The notes beneath the pieces were generated by a model, which worked only from the letters and a program-made list of their open reading frames with translations, made no database searches and was not told the origin of the DNA. Made by a program: the position numbers and the translations under genes. Shown one piece after another: positions 27,584 to 36,997 of a DNA stretch of 64,000 nucleotides (its first letter is position 1; every line of letters begins with the position of its first letter). The stretch covers positions 4,060 through 68,059 of the forward strand of contig CANJEJ010000004.1 in NCBI GenBank assembly GCA_947473325.1, in the 5' to 3' direction. Source of the DNA: Alphaproteobacteria bacterium. Its GTDB lineage: Bacteria > Pseudomonadota > Alphaproteobacteria > SHVP01.

Positions 27584-29040
27584 TGCGTGTCGGCGCGACC
27601 CAGATGCCGCCGACGCGCGGCAATGTCTATGGCGGCACGGGCGCCCCCAGCACCGTCCTGTGGGCCGCCACCTTTGATTGGGTCACGACACTCGACGAAA
27701 AAAGCGTGACCCGCCCGTCCCTGGCGGAAAGCTGGGCCCTGACGGAAGCGAAGAACTGGCGCTTCAAGATGCGGCCAAACGCAACTTTCTGGAACGGCAG
27801 GCAGGTGACCGCCCAGCACGTGGCAGACGGGCTCAACTACCTGCTGTCGGAGGAAGGCCGCAAGACCAATGTCAGCGGCCATTTCCGCATTGCAGGTGTG
27901 ACAGGAGCGAAGGCAATCGACCTAATGACGGTTGAGGTGAGCACGAGCAATCCGTCCCCACTCATTCCCGCGTATATGGCGGTTCTGCCCGTTATCGACA
28001 TGCAGCACTTCAACGACGTGGGTATCGAGACCTTCGCCACCCAACCCATGGCTTCCGGCCCCTTCCAGATGGATGGCTGGTCAACCAATGGTGCGAAGGT
28101 GAAGGCATTCAAGGCCTATTGGCGCGGGGTGCCACGCATTGACGCGATCGAGTTCACCGAGATCCCGGAGAGTTCCTCACGGGTCAACGCGCTGGTATCC
28201 AAGCAAATAGACATCGACAACGCCGCCCAGCCTGATTCCTTCGCTGCAGTGAAGGCGGCCGGCGGCAAGATTTTCTTCGGGCCTACCGCGCGTATCCAGG
28301 GGATTTCCTTCGTCACCGCCCCGATGGCCGACAACCGGGGCGACAAATCTCATTTCCGCGACAAACGCCTCCGCCAGGCGGCGAACTACGCTGTCAACAA
28401 GCAGCAGATGCTCGACACGATCTTTGAAGGTCAGGGTGCCATCAACTCGCAAGCCGGCACGGTCAATTCCTACGGCTACAACCCGAAGATAAAGCCCTAT
28501 CCCTATGACCCCGCCAAGGCGAAGGCGCTTATGGCCGAGGCCGGCTATCCGAACGGGTTCGACTTCATCATCGAGGCGCGCACCGACGATCCTGTCGCCA
28601 AGCTTATGTATGAAGCGATGGTGGAGGACCTGACGAAGGTCGGTCTGCGCGCCAAGCTGCACTCCATCCCCTTTGCGCAGCAACTCAAGAACTTCGGCGC
28701 CGGTACCTGGGAAGGCGAAGGGTTCGGCATTGGCTACAATGTCACGCCAACCATGGACGTGAGCGCGACGTTCAGGCTGGGTTCCTGCCTGAAGACGCCG
28801 CCGGTCTCGGTTTACTACTGCGACAAGGAGGAAACCGAGCTGGTACTTGCCGCCAACAGCGAATTCGACCCGGACAAGCGGCTGGCAATCCTGCATCGCC
28901 TTCTCGAAGTGAACCACGAGAACGCGCCGGTTCTGATGCTTCTTGAAGTGCCATCAATGATGTCATACGGGCCGCGGGTGCGAAACTTCACCACGCTCAA
29001 CGAGAGCATCGACTATTTCGGAGTTGACCTCGCCAACTGA
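27475..29040 (+). CDS. ABC transporter substrate-binding protein, family 5, orphan
   Basis: A GGGAGG SD precedes it. The product begins MTVLASQRHKTTNLVSAAIVLAALVISTAAQAQGKV (signal peptide). 521 aa. Confidence 0.85.
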   Translation: MTVLASQRHKTTNLVSAAIVLAALVISTAAQAQGKVLRVGATQMPPTRGNVYGGTGAPSTVLWAATFDWVTTLDEKSVTRPSLAESWALTEAKNWRFKMRPNATFWNGRQVTAQHVADGLNYLLSEEGRKTNVSGHFRIAGVTGAKAIDLMTVEVSTSNPSPLIPAYMAVLPVIDMQHFNDVGIETFATQPMASGPFQMDGWSTNGAKVKAFKAYWRGVPRIDAIEFTEIPESSSRVNALVSKQIDIDNAAQPDSFAAVKAAGGKIFFGPTARIQGISFVTAPMADNRGDKSHFRDKRLRQAANYAVNKQQMLDTIFEGQGAINSQAGTVNSYGYNPKIKPYPYDPAKAKALMAEAGYPNGFDFIIEARTDDPVAKLMYEAMVEDLTKVGLRAKLHSIPFAQQLKNFGAGTWEGEGFGIGYNVTPTMDVSATFRLGSCLKTPPVSVYYCDKEETELVLAANSEFDPDKRLAILHRLLEVNHENAPVLMLLEVPSMMSYGPRVRNFTTLNESIDYFGVDLAN

Positions 29041-29080
29041 TGCTGTTTCCGCCAAGCCCCGTTGCACAAGGTCCTATAAA

Positions 29081-29617
29081 ATGCCCAGCAAGATTCGCCG
29101 CGTTGTGACCGGACACGACGCACAGGGAAAGTCGATTGTCTTTGATGATCGGGTGCTTCCGGAAGCCACGCGCGTGGGCATCTGGTTCACGGGACCAGGC
29201 CCGTCGAAGAATGATGACGACCGCGCTCTTGAATTCCACCCCACCAAACTCGAGCCGCCGCCAGGTGGCTCCACCCTGAGGATCAACGAAGCGATGCCGA
29301 AGCAGGGCGGCGATTCGTTAAGCTTCGCCGAGAAGAAACAGCAGGCGCGCCAACGCTTCCGCAGCATGGACGCTGAACATTGCCTGGTCGATTCCGACAG
29401 GTATGCTGGCATGCACCGATCCAAGACAACAGACTACATCCTGGTCCTGCAGGGAGAACTTACGTTGATCCTGGACGACGGTGAGGCCGTTCTGAAGGCC
29501 GGCGATGTCGTGATCCAGCGCGGCACTTCGCATGCCTGGGAAAACCGTGGAACGGCACTGGCACGCTGGTACGTCATCATGATCGACGCCGAAACGCATC
29601 CCCATTTCCGAAAGTAG
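29081..29617 (+). CDS. cupin-domain protein
   Basis: 178 aa. The C-terminal GDVVIQRGTSHAWEN motif fits a cupin barrel. Confidence 0.6.
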   Translation: MPSKIRRVVTGHDAQGKSIVFDDRVLPEATRVGIWFTGPGPSKNDDDRALEFHPTKLEPPPGGSTLRINEAMPKQGGDSLSFAEKKQQARQRFRSMDAEHCLVDSDRYAGMHRSKTTDYILVLQGELTLILDDGEAVLKAGDVVIQRGTSHAWENRGTALARWYVIMIDAETHPHFRK

Positions 29618-29627
29618 GCGGACCCCC

Positions 29628-30485
29628 ATGATCAAGCTGCGGCGCGCCTATGCGGACACGGCATTGGGCCAGATTCACTACCAGCATGGCGGCAAGGGGC
29701 CTCCATTGCTGCTCCTTCATCCGGGGCCACGCTCGTCCCGGTTCTACTGGAAGCTCGCGCCAATTCTGGCAGAACACTTTTCAGTGCTGGTCCCCGACAC
29801 GCTGGGCTACGGCGCTTCCGACGCCCCGCCCACCGGTATCAGCATTGAGGGCCTGGCCGACAACATGGGCGACTTCCTCAGTGCCGTGGGCGTGTCCCGC
29901 GCCCATGTTTTCGGCCTGCACACCGGCAACAAGACCGCCACCGCCTTCGCCGTGCGCCAGCCGGAAAGGATTGACGGCCTGATCCTGTGCGGCATGACGC
30001 ACAGCCTGGTGCTCGACCACGAGACACGCAACAATGAAATCACGAAGCTGGTCGGACACTTCCGCACACCGCCGCCACCCGATGAGCTCCAGCGCATGGT
30101 TGACTGGGCCGCCAATTTCAAGTCGATCTCCAGTGAATACTGGAATCTCGACATCCTTAAGAATGCTGCGTTAGGCACCGACCGCTTCACACAGATCGAA
30201 CAGCGCGTGATTGACGTGATGTTGTGCCTTCACACCATGGCCGACGTGCGGCGCGCGATCCTCGACTACAATCTTGCTGAGGGGCTCCGCGCCATCACCA
30301 TTCCCACGCTGATCATCGAGCTGGCGGATTCAAAGGAAGCGCATTTGGGCCGGCAGGGCCCAAAGCTCCTGGAATTACTGCGGAAAGGCGAGCTGCAGAC
30401 GATTGAGGGTGCCGACCGAGACTTCCTGGAGTTCGAAGCTCCGAAGATGGCCGCGATCATTCGCCAGCACTTGGGCGGTCGCTGA
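29628..30485 (+). CDS. alpha/beta hydrolase (paralog of the one at 13924-14781)
   Basis: GQIHYQHGGKGPPLLLLHPGP...FGLHTGNKTA. The N-terminal segment GQIHY...LLHG.P is shared with the hydrolase at 13924. Confidence 0.75.
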   Translation: MIKLRRAYADTALGQIHYQHGGKGPPLLLLHPGPRSSRFYWKLAPILAEHFSVLVPDTLGYGASDAPPTGISIEGLADNMGDFLSAVGVSRAHVFGLHTGNKTATAFAVRQPERIDGLILCGMTHSLVLDHETRNNEITKLVGHFRTPPPPDELQRMVDWAANFKSISSEYWNLDILKNAALGTDRFTQIEQRVIDVMLCLHTMADVRRAILDYNLAEGLRAITIPTLIIELADSKEAHLGRQGPKLLELLRKGELQTIEGADRDFLEFEAPKMAAIIRQHLGGR

Positions 30486-30576
30486 GCCGGGCGCCGGGGA
30501 CCAATGCGAGAATGCCTGTGGTTCGAGGCCAAGTGATGCAGCTGACTGCCCGCGCCCGGTGAGCGTTCTCCATCAC

Positions 30577-31554
30577 CTAGTGGAGGTGACACGCCGCTCG
30601 ATGCCCCGGTGCGATCTCGCGATATTGAGGCTCCTCCACGAAACATTTCTTGAAGGCGAAAGGGCAGCGGGTGTGAAAACGACAACCTGGCGGCAACTTA
30701 ACCGCCGATGGAAGCTCCCCAGAGAGAATGATTTCGTCCGTCTTCTCTCCCGGCCGGATCGTCAGGGCGGCAGAGATCAGGGCCTTGGTATAGGGATGCT
30801 GCGGGTTGCGGAACAATTCTTCTGAGTCGGCCTCTTCCACGATGCGCCCCAGATACATCACGGCCACCCTGTCGCTGAGATAGCGCACGGTAGCCAGGTT
30901 GTGCGCGATCAGGAGATAGCTGATTCCGCGCGATGCCTGAATGTCCCTGAGCATGTTCATGATCTGGGCCCCGATCGACACGTCGAGCGCCGAAACCGGC
31001 TCGTCCAGTACGACCACCTGAGGATCGAGGGCAAGGGCTCGCGCGACAGCCACGCGCTGGCGCTGGCCGCCGCTGAATTCATGGGGAAAATTCGCGGCAG
31101 AGGCAGGATCCAGTCCCACGCTCACCAGCAAGGACCTGACGCGCTCGTCAATCTCCGGCCGCGATAGCGCGGTGTTGACAGCGAGAGGCTCGCCGATGAA
31201 CCGGGCCGTCCGCATACGCGGGTTCAGCGAACTCCAGGGATCCTGAAACACCGCCTGAACCGCGCCGCGGTAATCGCGCAGCCGCTGGCCTGTCAGGCTG
31301 GAAAGCTCTTGCCCGCGAAAGCGCATGCTCCCCGCGGTCGGGGCCTCCATCATCAACGTCATCTTGGCCGTGGTGGTCTTGCCGCAACCGGATTCGCCCA
31401 CCAAGCTCAGGGTTTCCCCCGCGCGGACCGTGAATGACACATCGTCCACCGCATGCACCCAGGCCTTGGCCGAACTGAAGGGAATGCGAGAGCGCACCGG
31501 AAAGTATTTCTTCACGTGGCTGGCCTCGAGCAGGGTGTCGCTCTGTCCGCTCAT
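30577..31554 (-). CDS. ABC transporter ATP-binding protein (DppF/OppF-like)
   Basis: Walker A is GESGCGKTT; the signature is FSGGQRQRVAVARA; Walker B is VVLDEPVSALD. A GGAGG SD is present. An ATGA overlap links it to the upstream ATPase. Confidence 0.85.
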   Translation of the reverse strand: MSGQSDTLLEASHVKKYFPVRSRIPFSSAKAWVHAVDDVSFTVRAGETLSLVGESGCGKTTTAKMTLMMEAPTAGSMRFRGQELSSLTGQRLRDYRGAVQAVFQDPWSSLNPRMRTARFIGEPLAVNTALSRPEIDERVRSLLVSVGLDPASAANFPHEFSGGQRQRVAVARALALDPQVVVLDEPVSALDVSIGAQIMNMLRDIQASRGISYLLIAHNLATVRYLSDRVAVMYLGRIVEEADSEELFRNPQHPYTKALISAALTIRPGEKTDEIILSGELPSAVKLPPGCRFHTRCPFAFKKCFVEEPQYREIAPGHRAACHLH

Positions 31555-32570
31555 GCATGCCTCCAGCAGCGCACCGTCTGGTCTTGCGCCAGACGTATCT
31601 CCGACGGGTATTCGACCCGGCAGCGATCCATCACATGAGGACACCGGGGAGCGAATGCGCAACCCTGCGACAGCGCGAAGATCGACGGCGGCTGGCCTTC
31701 GATCGACGCCAGCCGTTCCGTTTCGACCAGCACGTCGGGAACGGACCTCAGAAGCGCCTGCGTATAGGGATGGGCGGGCGACCGGAATAGCGTGGCGGTG
31801 CTCGCCTTTTCGACGATCTTGCCCGCATACATGACCGCTACCGTGTCGCACATGCGGGCAACGATGCCGAAGTCATGGGTCACGAACAGGATAGGAAAGC
31901 CCGCCTCCCGCTGCAGATCCTTGAGCAACTTGAGCAGCGCTGCCTGGACGGTGACGTCGAGCGCGGTGGTGGGTTCATCGGCCAGCAGCACCTCCGGTTC
32001 GCAGGAGAGCGCAATGGCGGATACGATCCGCTGGCGCATGCCGCCGCTGAGCTGGTGGGGATAACTGTTCAGCCGCCGCTCCGGATCCGATATGCGCAGT
32101 TTCTTCAGCAATTCGACGGCGCGCTGCCACAGCGTGCGGCCGCGAAGCCCTTGATGAAGCCTGAGCGTTTCCCCGACCTGGTCCTTGATCGTGAGCACCG
32201 GGTTGAGCGCGGTCATCGGGTCCTGCAGGACAATCGCGATGCGGCGCCCCCGCACCGTCCGCATCTCCGAATCGGTTTTCTGCAACAGATCTTCACCGCG
32301 CAGCAGGATCTGGCCGCCGACGATACGGGAGGCCGGTTCGGGATTGAGTCGCAGCACCGAGAGGCATGTCATGCTCTTGCCGCTGCCGGACTCACCTACC
32401 AGGCCCAGCGTCTCACCCCGCCGCAGATCGAAGCTGACGCCATCGACCGCCTTACCGACACCTCGCTTGGTATAGAGGTAGGTCTTCAGGTCGCGCACGC
32501 GCAACACGACATCGTCGTCGCGCGCCGGGGCCGCTGCGGATTCGAGGGATTGCGAATCGAGGATCGTCAT
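31551..32570 (-). CDS. ABC transporter ATP-binding protein (DppD/OppD-like)
   Basis: Trimmed to MTILDSQ. Walker A is GESGSGKS; the signature is LSGGMRQR. The first 113 aa of the track ORF overlap the permease in another frame and were rejected. Confidence 0.85.
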   Translation of the reverse strand: MTILDSQSLESAAAPARDDDVVLRVRDLKTYLYTKRGVGKAVDGVSFDLRRGETLGLVGESGSGKSMTCLSVLRLNPEPASRIVGGQILLRGEDLLQKTDSEMRTVRGRRIAIVLQDPMTALNPVLTIKDQVGETLRLHQGLRGRTLWQRAVELLKKLRISDPERRLNSYPHQLSGGMRQRIVSAIALSCEPEVLLADEPTTALDVTVQAALLKLLKDLQREAGFPILFVTHDFGIVARMCDTVAVMYAGKIVEKASTATLFRSPAHPYTQALLRSVPDVLVETERLASIEGQPPSIFALSQGCAFAPRCPHVMDRCRVEYPSEIRLAQDQTVRCWRHA

Positions 32571-32577
32571 CGACTTG

Positions 32578-33462
32578 CTACAGCGCCCGCAGCTTGGGAT
32601 CGAGCACATCGCGTGCCCAGTCGCCCAGGCTGTTGAAGGCCAGAACCACCGAGATGATCGCCAGCCCCGGCATCGCTGAAATCCACCACGCAGAATCGAG
32701 AAGGTTGCGGCCATCGTCCAGCATCCGGCCCCAGGTCGGCATGCTTTCAGGCACGCCAACGCCGAGGAAGGTGAGCGAGGATTCCGTGATGATGACGTTG
32801 CCGATCTGCAAGGTCGCCAGGACGATAATGGTGTTGGCCACGTTGGGCAGCAGATGCACGAAGATGATGCGCGCGGGCGAGCATCCAGCGATGCGGGCGA
32901 GCGCCACAAAATCGCGCTCCTTGAGCAGCAGCACCTCGCCCCGGATCAGGCGGGCGTAGCGCGCCCAGGACACGAGGCCGATCACCGCCACCACGGTCCA
33001 GAAGCTGGGGCCCGCCGTGACGCCAAACACCAGGGCCAGAAGCAGGGAGGGAAAGGCAAGCGTGCCGTCCACGATTCGCATGATGACGCTGTCTACGGTG
33101 CCGCCGGCATAGCCGGACACCAGGCCCATGACCGTGCCAATCACCACGCTGAGCACGACGCAGATAAACGCCACCGCCATGGAGACGCGTGCGCCCATGA
33201 TAAGGCGACTCAGGATGTCGCGGCCCTGGCGGTCGGTGCCGAGGGCATAGTCGAAGAGGCCGTCCTCCATGAAAGCCGGCGGCTTCTGCTGCAGGGCCAG
33301 GACGCCCATGTTGGGATCGTGCGGCGTCAGCACGGGTGCAAAGAGCGCCACCAGCAGCACAAGGACCACCATGGCGAGTGGAAGCTTAGGTGCATCCTTC
33401 ATCCAGCCAAAGGCACGCATTAGGGTCATGGGCTTGCTGGCCGGCAGGACACGTGCATCCAC
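32578..33462 (-). CDS. ABC transporter permease (DppC/OppC-like)
   Basis: 6 TM helices. The product starts MTLMRAF..KDAPKLPLAMVVLVLL. Confidence 0.85.
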   Translation of the reverse strand: MDARVLPASKPMTLMRAFGWMKDAPKLPLAMVVLVLLVALFAPVLTPHDPNMGVLALQQKPPAFMEDGLFDYALGTDRQGRDILSRLIMGARVSMAVAFICVVLSVVIGTVMGLVSGYAGGTVDSVIMRIVDGTLAFPSLLLALVFGVTAGPSFWTVVAVIGLVSWARYARLIRGEVLLLKERDFVALARIAGCSPARIIFVHLLPNVANTIIVLATLQIGNVIITESSLTFLGVGVPESMPTWGRMLDDGRNLLDSAWWISAMPGLAIISVVLAFNSLGDWARDVLDPKLRAL

Positions 33463-33464
33463 CG

Positions 33465-34379
33465 TCAGGCTCGGATGCGCGGGTCGAGCAGCGCATAGCT
33501 GACGTCGACCAGGAAATTCAGCCCGATGATCAGCGCGGCGAAGATCAGCACGCAGAATTGTACGAGCGGGAAATCACGCGACAGCACGGCATTGTAGGCG
33601 AGCCGGCCAAGGCCCGGCCAGGTGAACACCACCTCGGTCGTGATCGCGCCGGTCAGCAGCACGCCATAGGTCATGCCGATGATCGTCACCACCGGCACCA
33701 GCGCGTTGCGCAGCGCGTGCTTGAAGACCACCGTGCGTTTGCCGAGGCCCTTCGCCCGCGCGAGCTTGATGAACTCGCTGTCCAACACCTCGAGCATGCT
33801 GGAACGCAGGAGACGCGTCACCGATGCGGTGACGACCCAGCCGAGCGTGATGACGGGTAGCACGTAATGCGCCGGCCCACCCAGTCCGGACGTGGGCAAC
33901 CAACCCAGGGTGACCGAGAAGACAAGGATGAAGATGATGCCGACGGCGAAGGCTGGCAACGACTGGCCGAGAAGCGAGACCAGCATGGCGACGCGATCCG
34001 GCCATCGGCCGCGATTGGTCGCTGCGAGCACACCCAGGATGACTCCGACAACGGAGGAGAAGATGATGGCCGATGTCGCCAGCCACAGCGTGTTCAGCAG
34101 GGGCTGGCCCACGACATCGGTCACCGGCCGCCGGTAGCGGAAGGAGCGGCCGAAATCCCCCTGCGCCACATTCTGGAGATAGACCCAGTACTGGTGGGCG
34201 ATGCTGCGGTCGAGGCCCAACTCCTTCGACAGCGCCGCCAGTTCCTGGCTGCTCGCTTCCATCGGCATCAGGATGATGACGGGGTCGCCGCTTACCCGCG
34301 CGATCACGAAGACCGCGAGGCTCAGCAACCACAGCGTAATCAGTGCCTGCAGAAGGCGGCCCGCCACGAACCTCAGCAT
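33465..34379 (-). CDS. ABC transporter permease (DppB/OppB-like)
   Basis: The product begins MLRFVAGRLLQALITLWLLSLAVFV and contains an EAA-like loop (ARAKGL...). Confidence 0.85.
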   Translation of the reverse strand: MLRFVAGRLLQALITLWLLSLAVFVIARVSGDPVIILMPMEASSQELAALSKELGLDRSIAHQYWVYLQNVAQGDFGRSFRYRRPVTDVVGQPLLNTLWLATSAIIFSSVVGVILGVLAATNRGRWPDRVAMLVSLLGQSLPAFAVGIIFILVFSVTLGWLPTSGLGGPAHYVLPVITLGWVVTASVTRLLRSSMLEVLDSEFIKLARAKGLGKRTVVFKHALRNALVPVVTIIGMTYGVLLTGAITTEVVFTWPGLGRLAYNAVLSRDFPLVQFCVLIFAALIIGLNFLVDVSYALLDPRIRA

Positions 34380-34410
34380 AGCCGTTATCGCCAGCGGTAC
34401 GCGAAAGGCA

Positions 34411-36051
34411 TCAGTTCCGGACGCTTTCGGACGGCTTCAGCGTGTCAAAGCGCAGGTAGTCGGACGTCCCGTTCACCGGCTCCCAGCCCGCGATCCGCTT
34501 GCTCGCGGCCCAGCCGCCGTGGCGCCACACGACCGGCATGGCCCAGTAGTCGTTGTAGAGATCCTTGCCGAACGCGCGCAGTGCATTGTCGCGTTCCTTG
34601 ACGTCGACGATGGCGCTGATGCGATCATAAGCCGTCTTGATCTTTGCGGCTTCGGACGCGGCGGCGACCGCACCGCCATCGCTCTTGGCGAGCATATAGA
34701 CCCGGATGTTCCCGAGCAGGGACGGTCGCGGCTGCGCACCGGTCTGGATCAGCGCAGCGGGCGGATCAACAACCCGGCGGCTGGGCGAAAAGGTGGTGAA
34801 GTCGACGTCGATGAGCTTCACGTTCAGGCCAACCTGGCGCAGATAGTTGGCGATGGCGACGTTGACTTCCGGCATCTCCGGTGCACCGGGGAAACCGGCC
34901 ATGTTGTAGAAGCTGACAAGTTCCCCGTTGTAACCAGCGCTCTTGAGCAGCCGCTTCGACTCTTCGGGATCGTATTTATAGGCCGGCAGCGACGCGTCAT
35001 AGCCCATGGTCACCGGGCTGAAGCCCGGGGTGCCAGTCGTCGGTTCCGCCGTGCCCGGCGGGTAGAAACCCTTCACAACCGCCGGCATGTCGACTGCGAG
35101 GACAATCGCCTTGCGGAAATCCAGCTTGTTGGTCAGGAAAGCCGTGTCGCCCGACTGCATGAAGTTGACCATCGGATAAGCGGTGTAGCGCGGGCCGACG
35201 ATGCGGAAACCATCCTTCTCCATCTGAGGCGCGTCACTCGGGTTGATCTGGATCAGGTCGATCTCGCCCGCGCGCAACTTGGCCTTGCGCGAGGTGATGT
35301 CGGGAACCAGCTCCAGCCGCAGCGTCTTGAAGCCAGGGACGCGTGCCTTGTTCCAGTAGTTTTCGTTCGCCTCGTATTCGATATATTCGCCCAGCTGGCG
35401 CTTGGAGAACTTCCACGGCCCGCTGCCGACCGGCTTCTTCTCGAAGCCGCTGTCCGTTGCCTTCAGAAAGTAGGCCTTCGGGTAGATCACCAGATCGGAT
35501 TCCACCGGCGCGATCATGGTGGGAAATTCCACGTCCTTGCGCTTGAGAGAGACCTTAAGCGTATGGGCATCAATGACTTCGACCTTGTCCAAGTTGGCGC
35601 GGAGATAGATCGCCGATTGGCCGCCGACATCCTTGGTCTCGACGATGTAGTCCATTGTCCATTTGACGTCCTCGGCGGTCAGGTCCGTGCCGTCGTGGAA
35701 CTTGACACCCTGGCGCAGGGCCAGCGTGTAGAACTGTGCGTCGCTCGTCTCGATGCGCGTGAGCAGCCCGTTGTTGAAATTGGTCGACCCGTCCGCGTTG
35801 ACACCGACCAACGGGTCATAAAGAGCTTCGCCGTATCCCCGCGTGCCCATCCGGACGACGCCGAGCGGGCTGAGGAGATCGCGGCCGAAATCGACATAGG
35901 CCACGCGCACGGTGCCGCGCGGCTTCGCCGCGGTCGCGCTGGACTGGGCCCAGGCCGAGCCGGAGCCGGCGACAAGCGCCAGCACGCCCACCGCACCCAG
36001 AAACGCCGCGAGCTGCGGCAGACGTCGAGAACCGGAGGTCATGGTCGTCAC
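34411..36051 (-). CDS. ABC transporter substrate-binding protein, family 5 (cognate of the complete transporter)
   Basis: The signal peptide reads LAAFLGAVGVLALVAGSGSAWAQ. 546 aa. Confidence 0.8.
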   Translation of the reverse strand: MTTMTSGSRRLPQLAAFLGAVGVLALVAGSGSAWAQSSATAAKPRGTVRVAYVDFGRDLLSPLGVVRMGTRGYGEALYDPLVGVNADGSTNFNNGLLTRIETSDAQFYTLALRQGVKFHDGTDLTAEDVKWTMDYIVETKDVGGQSAIYLRANLDKVEVIDAHTLKVSLKRKDVEFPTMIAPVESDLVIYPKAYFLKATDSGFEKKPVGSGPWKFSKRQLGEYIEYEANENYWNKARVPGFKTLRLELVPDITSRKAKLRAGEIDLIQINPSDAPQMEKDGFRIVGPRYTAYPMVNFMQSGDTAFLTNKLDFRKAIVLAVDMPAVVKGFYPPGTAEPTTGTPGFSPVTMGYDASLPAYKYDPEESKRLLKSAGYNGELVSFYNMAGFPGAPEMPEVNVAIANYLRQVGLNVKLIDVDFTTFSPSRRVVDPPAALIQTGAQPRPSLLGNIRVYMLAKSDGGAVAAASEAAKIKTAYDRISAIVDVKERDNALRAFGKDLYNDYWAMPVVWRHGGWAASKRIAGWEPVNGTSDYLRFDTLKPSESVRN

Positions 36052-36085
36052 CCCTGTGTGTCAATGGTTGTTGTCGGATGGCCCG

Positions 36086-36964
36086 TCACGCAGGCCACAG
36101 GTTCAGGTTTTCAAGGAACTTGCGCACTTCCGCGACGCAGACCTGCGGATACTGGTACGCGATCTGGCCGCCCGTCCCCTCGATCTCCCGGAAGCGGATC
36201 TTCGGGTGGCTCTTGATGATGTCGGCGCCGGCGTCTTCGGTCAGGACGGGCTTGTTCGTCGCATCCAGCCACAGGACCGGAACGCCGATGTCCTTGAGCA
36301 GCGGAATGACGTTGATGTCCACCATGCTGTCACGGAACGCCGCATAGACCAGCGGATCTTCCTGGGCCATCTGGTCGAGGTACCACGCGTTGTAGGCGGG
36401 TGAGAACTGCGGGCCAGCGCCGTGACCATTGGCGCCATATTTGACGCTGTCGATGTACCATTGCCGCATGCCGCGCTTGCGCATGTATTCCGGGCTCTCG
36501 CGCAAACCTAGTACCTCCTGCCTGGCGGAGGTTTCGTCCGTCTTGTACTTGGTCATAGCGAGCGGCCGGGGCGGCGCGCCCATGACGCCGACGGCGTGCA
36601 GGCGGTCGGGCACGCGCATCGACAGCATCAGCCCGACCAGCGCACCGGTATGTTCGCCCACCCACACCACCTTCTTCACCTTGAGGTGCTCGAGCAGGGC
36701 GATCGCATCCGCCGTCAGCGTGTCCGGCCAGACGTTCTTGTAGGATGCGAGGGGAATATGTGAAAGGCCAAGCCCACGCAGGTCAACGCGCACGACCTTG
36801 AAGTGTGCGCCGAGGAGGGGAACCCAGGAATACCAGCGCGCCGAGAAACCGCCGAAGCCGTGCGCCAGAACGATGGTCGGCGCGTCTTTCCACGGGTCGG
36901 TGAAGTCGTCATAGCGGTAGTGCAACTGCGCCCCACCTGGCGCACGGAAACTTTCAATACTCAT
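36086..36964 (-). CDS. alpha/beta hydrolase
   Basis: IVLAHGFGGFS (oxyanion region) and VGEHTGALVG (nucleophile elbow) are present. Confidence 0.75.
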   Translation of the reverse strand: MSIESFRAPGGAQLHYRYDDFTDPWKDAPTIVLAHGFGGFSARWYSWVPLLGAHFKVVRVDLRGLGLSHIPLASYKNVWPDTLTADAIALLEHLKVKKVVWVGEHTGALVGLMLSMRVPDRLHAVGVMGAPPRPLAMTKYKTDETSARQEVLGLRESPEYMRKRGMRQWYIDSVKYGANGHGAGPQFSPAYNAWYLDQMAQEDPLVYAAFRDSMVDINVIPLLKDIGVPVLWLDATNKPVLTEDAGADIIKSHPKIRFREIEGTGGQIAYQYPQVCVAEVRKFLENLNLWPA

Positions 36965-36997
36965 CTTTTCTTCCCTGGTGGGGCGAGGCCCCGCCGG

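Noticed and set aside
32570-32909. N-terminal 113-aa extension of the DppD-like ATPase ORF (track start 32909)
   Set aside because: The extension overlaps the 3' end of the upstream permease in another frame and is Cys/Ser/Arg-rich nonsense. The true start is the ATG at 32570 (MTILDSQ), 7 nt after the permease stop.
34201-36216. 671-aa plus-strand ORF and other shadows (3726-4949-, 4829-5935-, 6087-7175-, 9186-10208-, 12517-13107-, 14008-15354+, 28177-28917-, 41901-43358-, 43419-44867-, 46171-46980-, 36803-37573+, 25992-26630-)
   Set aside because: Each overlaps, on the opposite strand, a gene with clear family-level sequence signatures. High-GC genomes routinely give long stop-free antisense frames.
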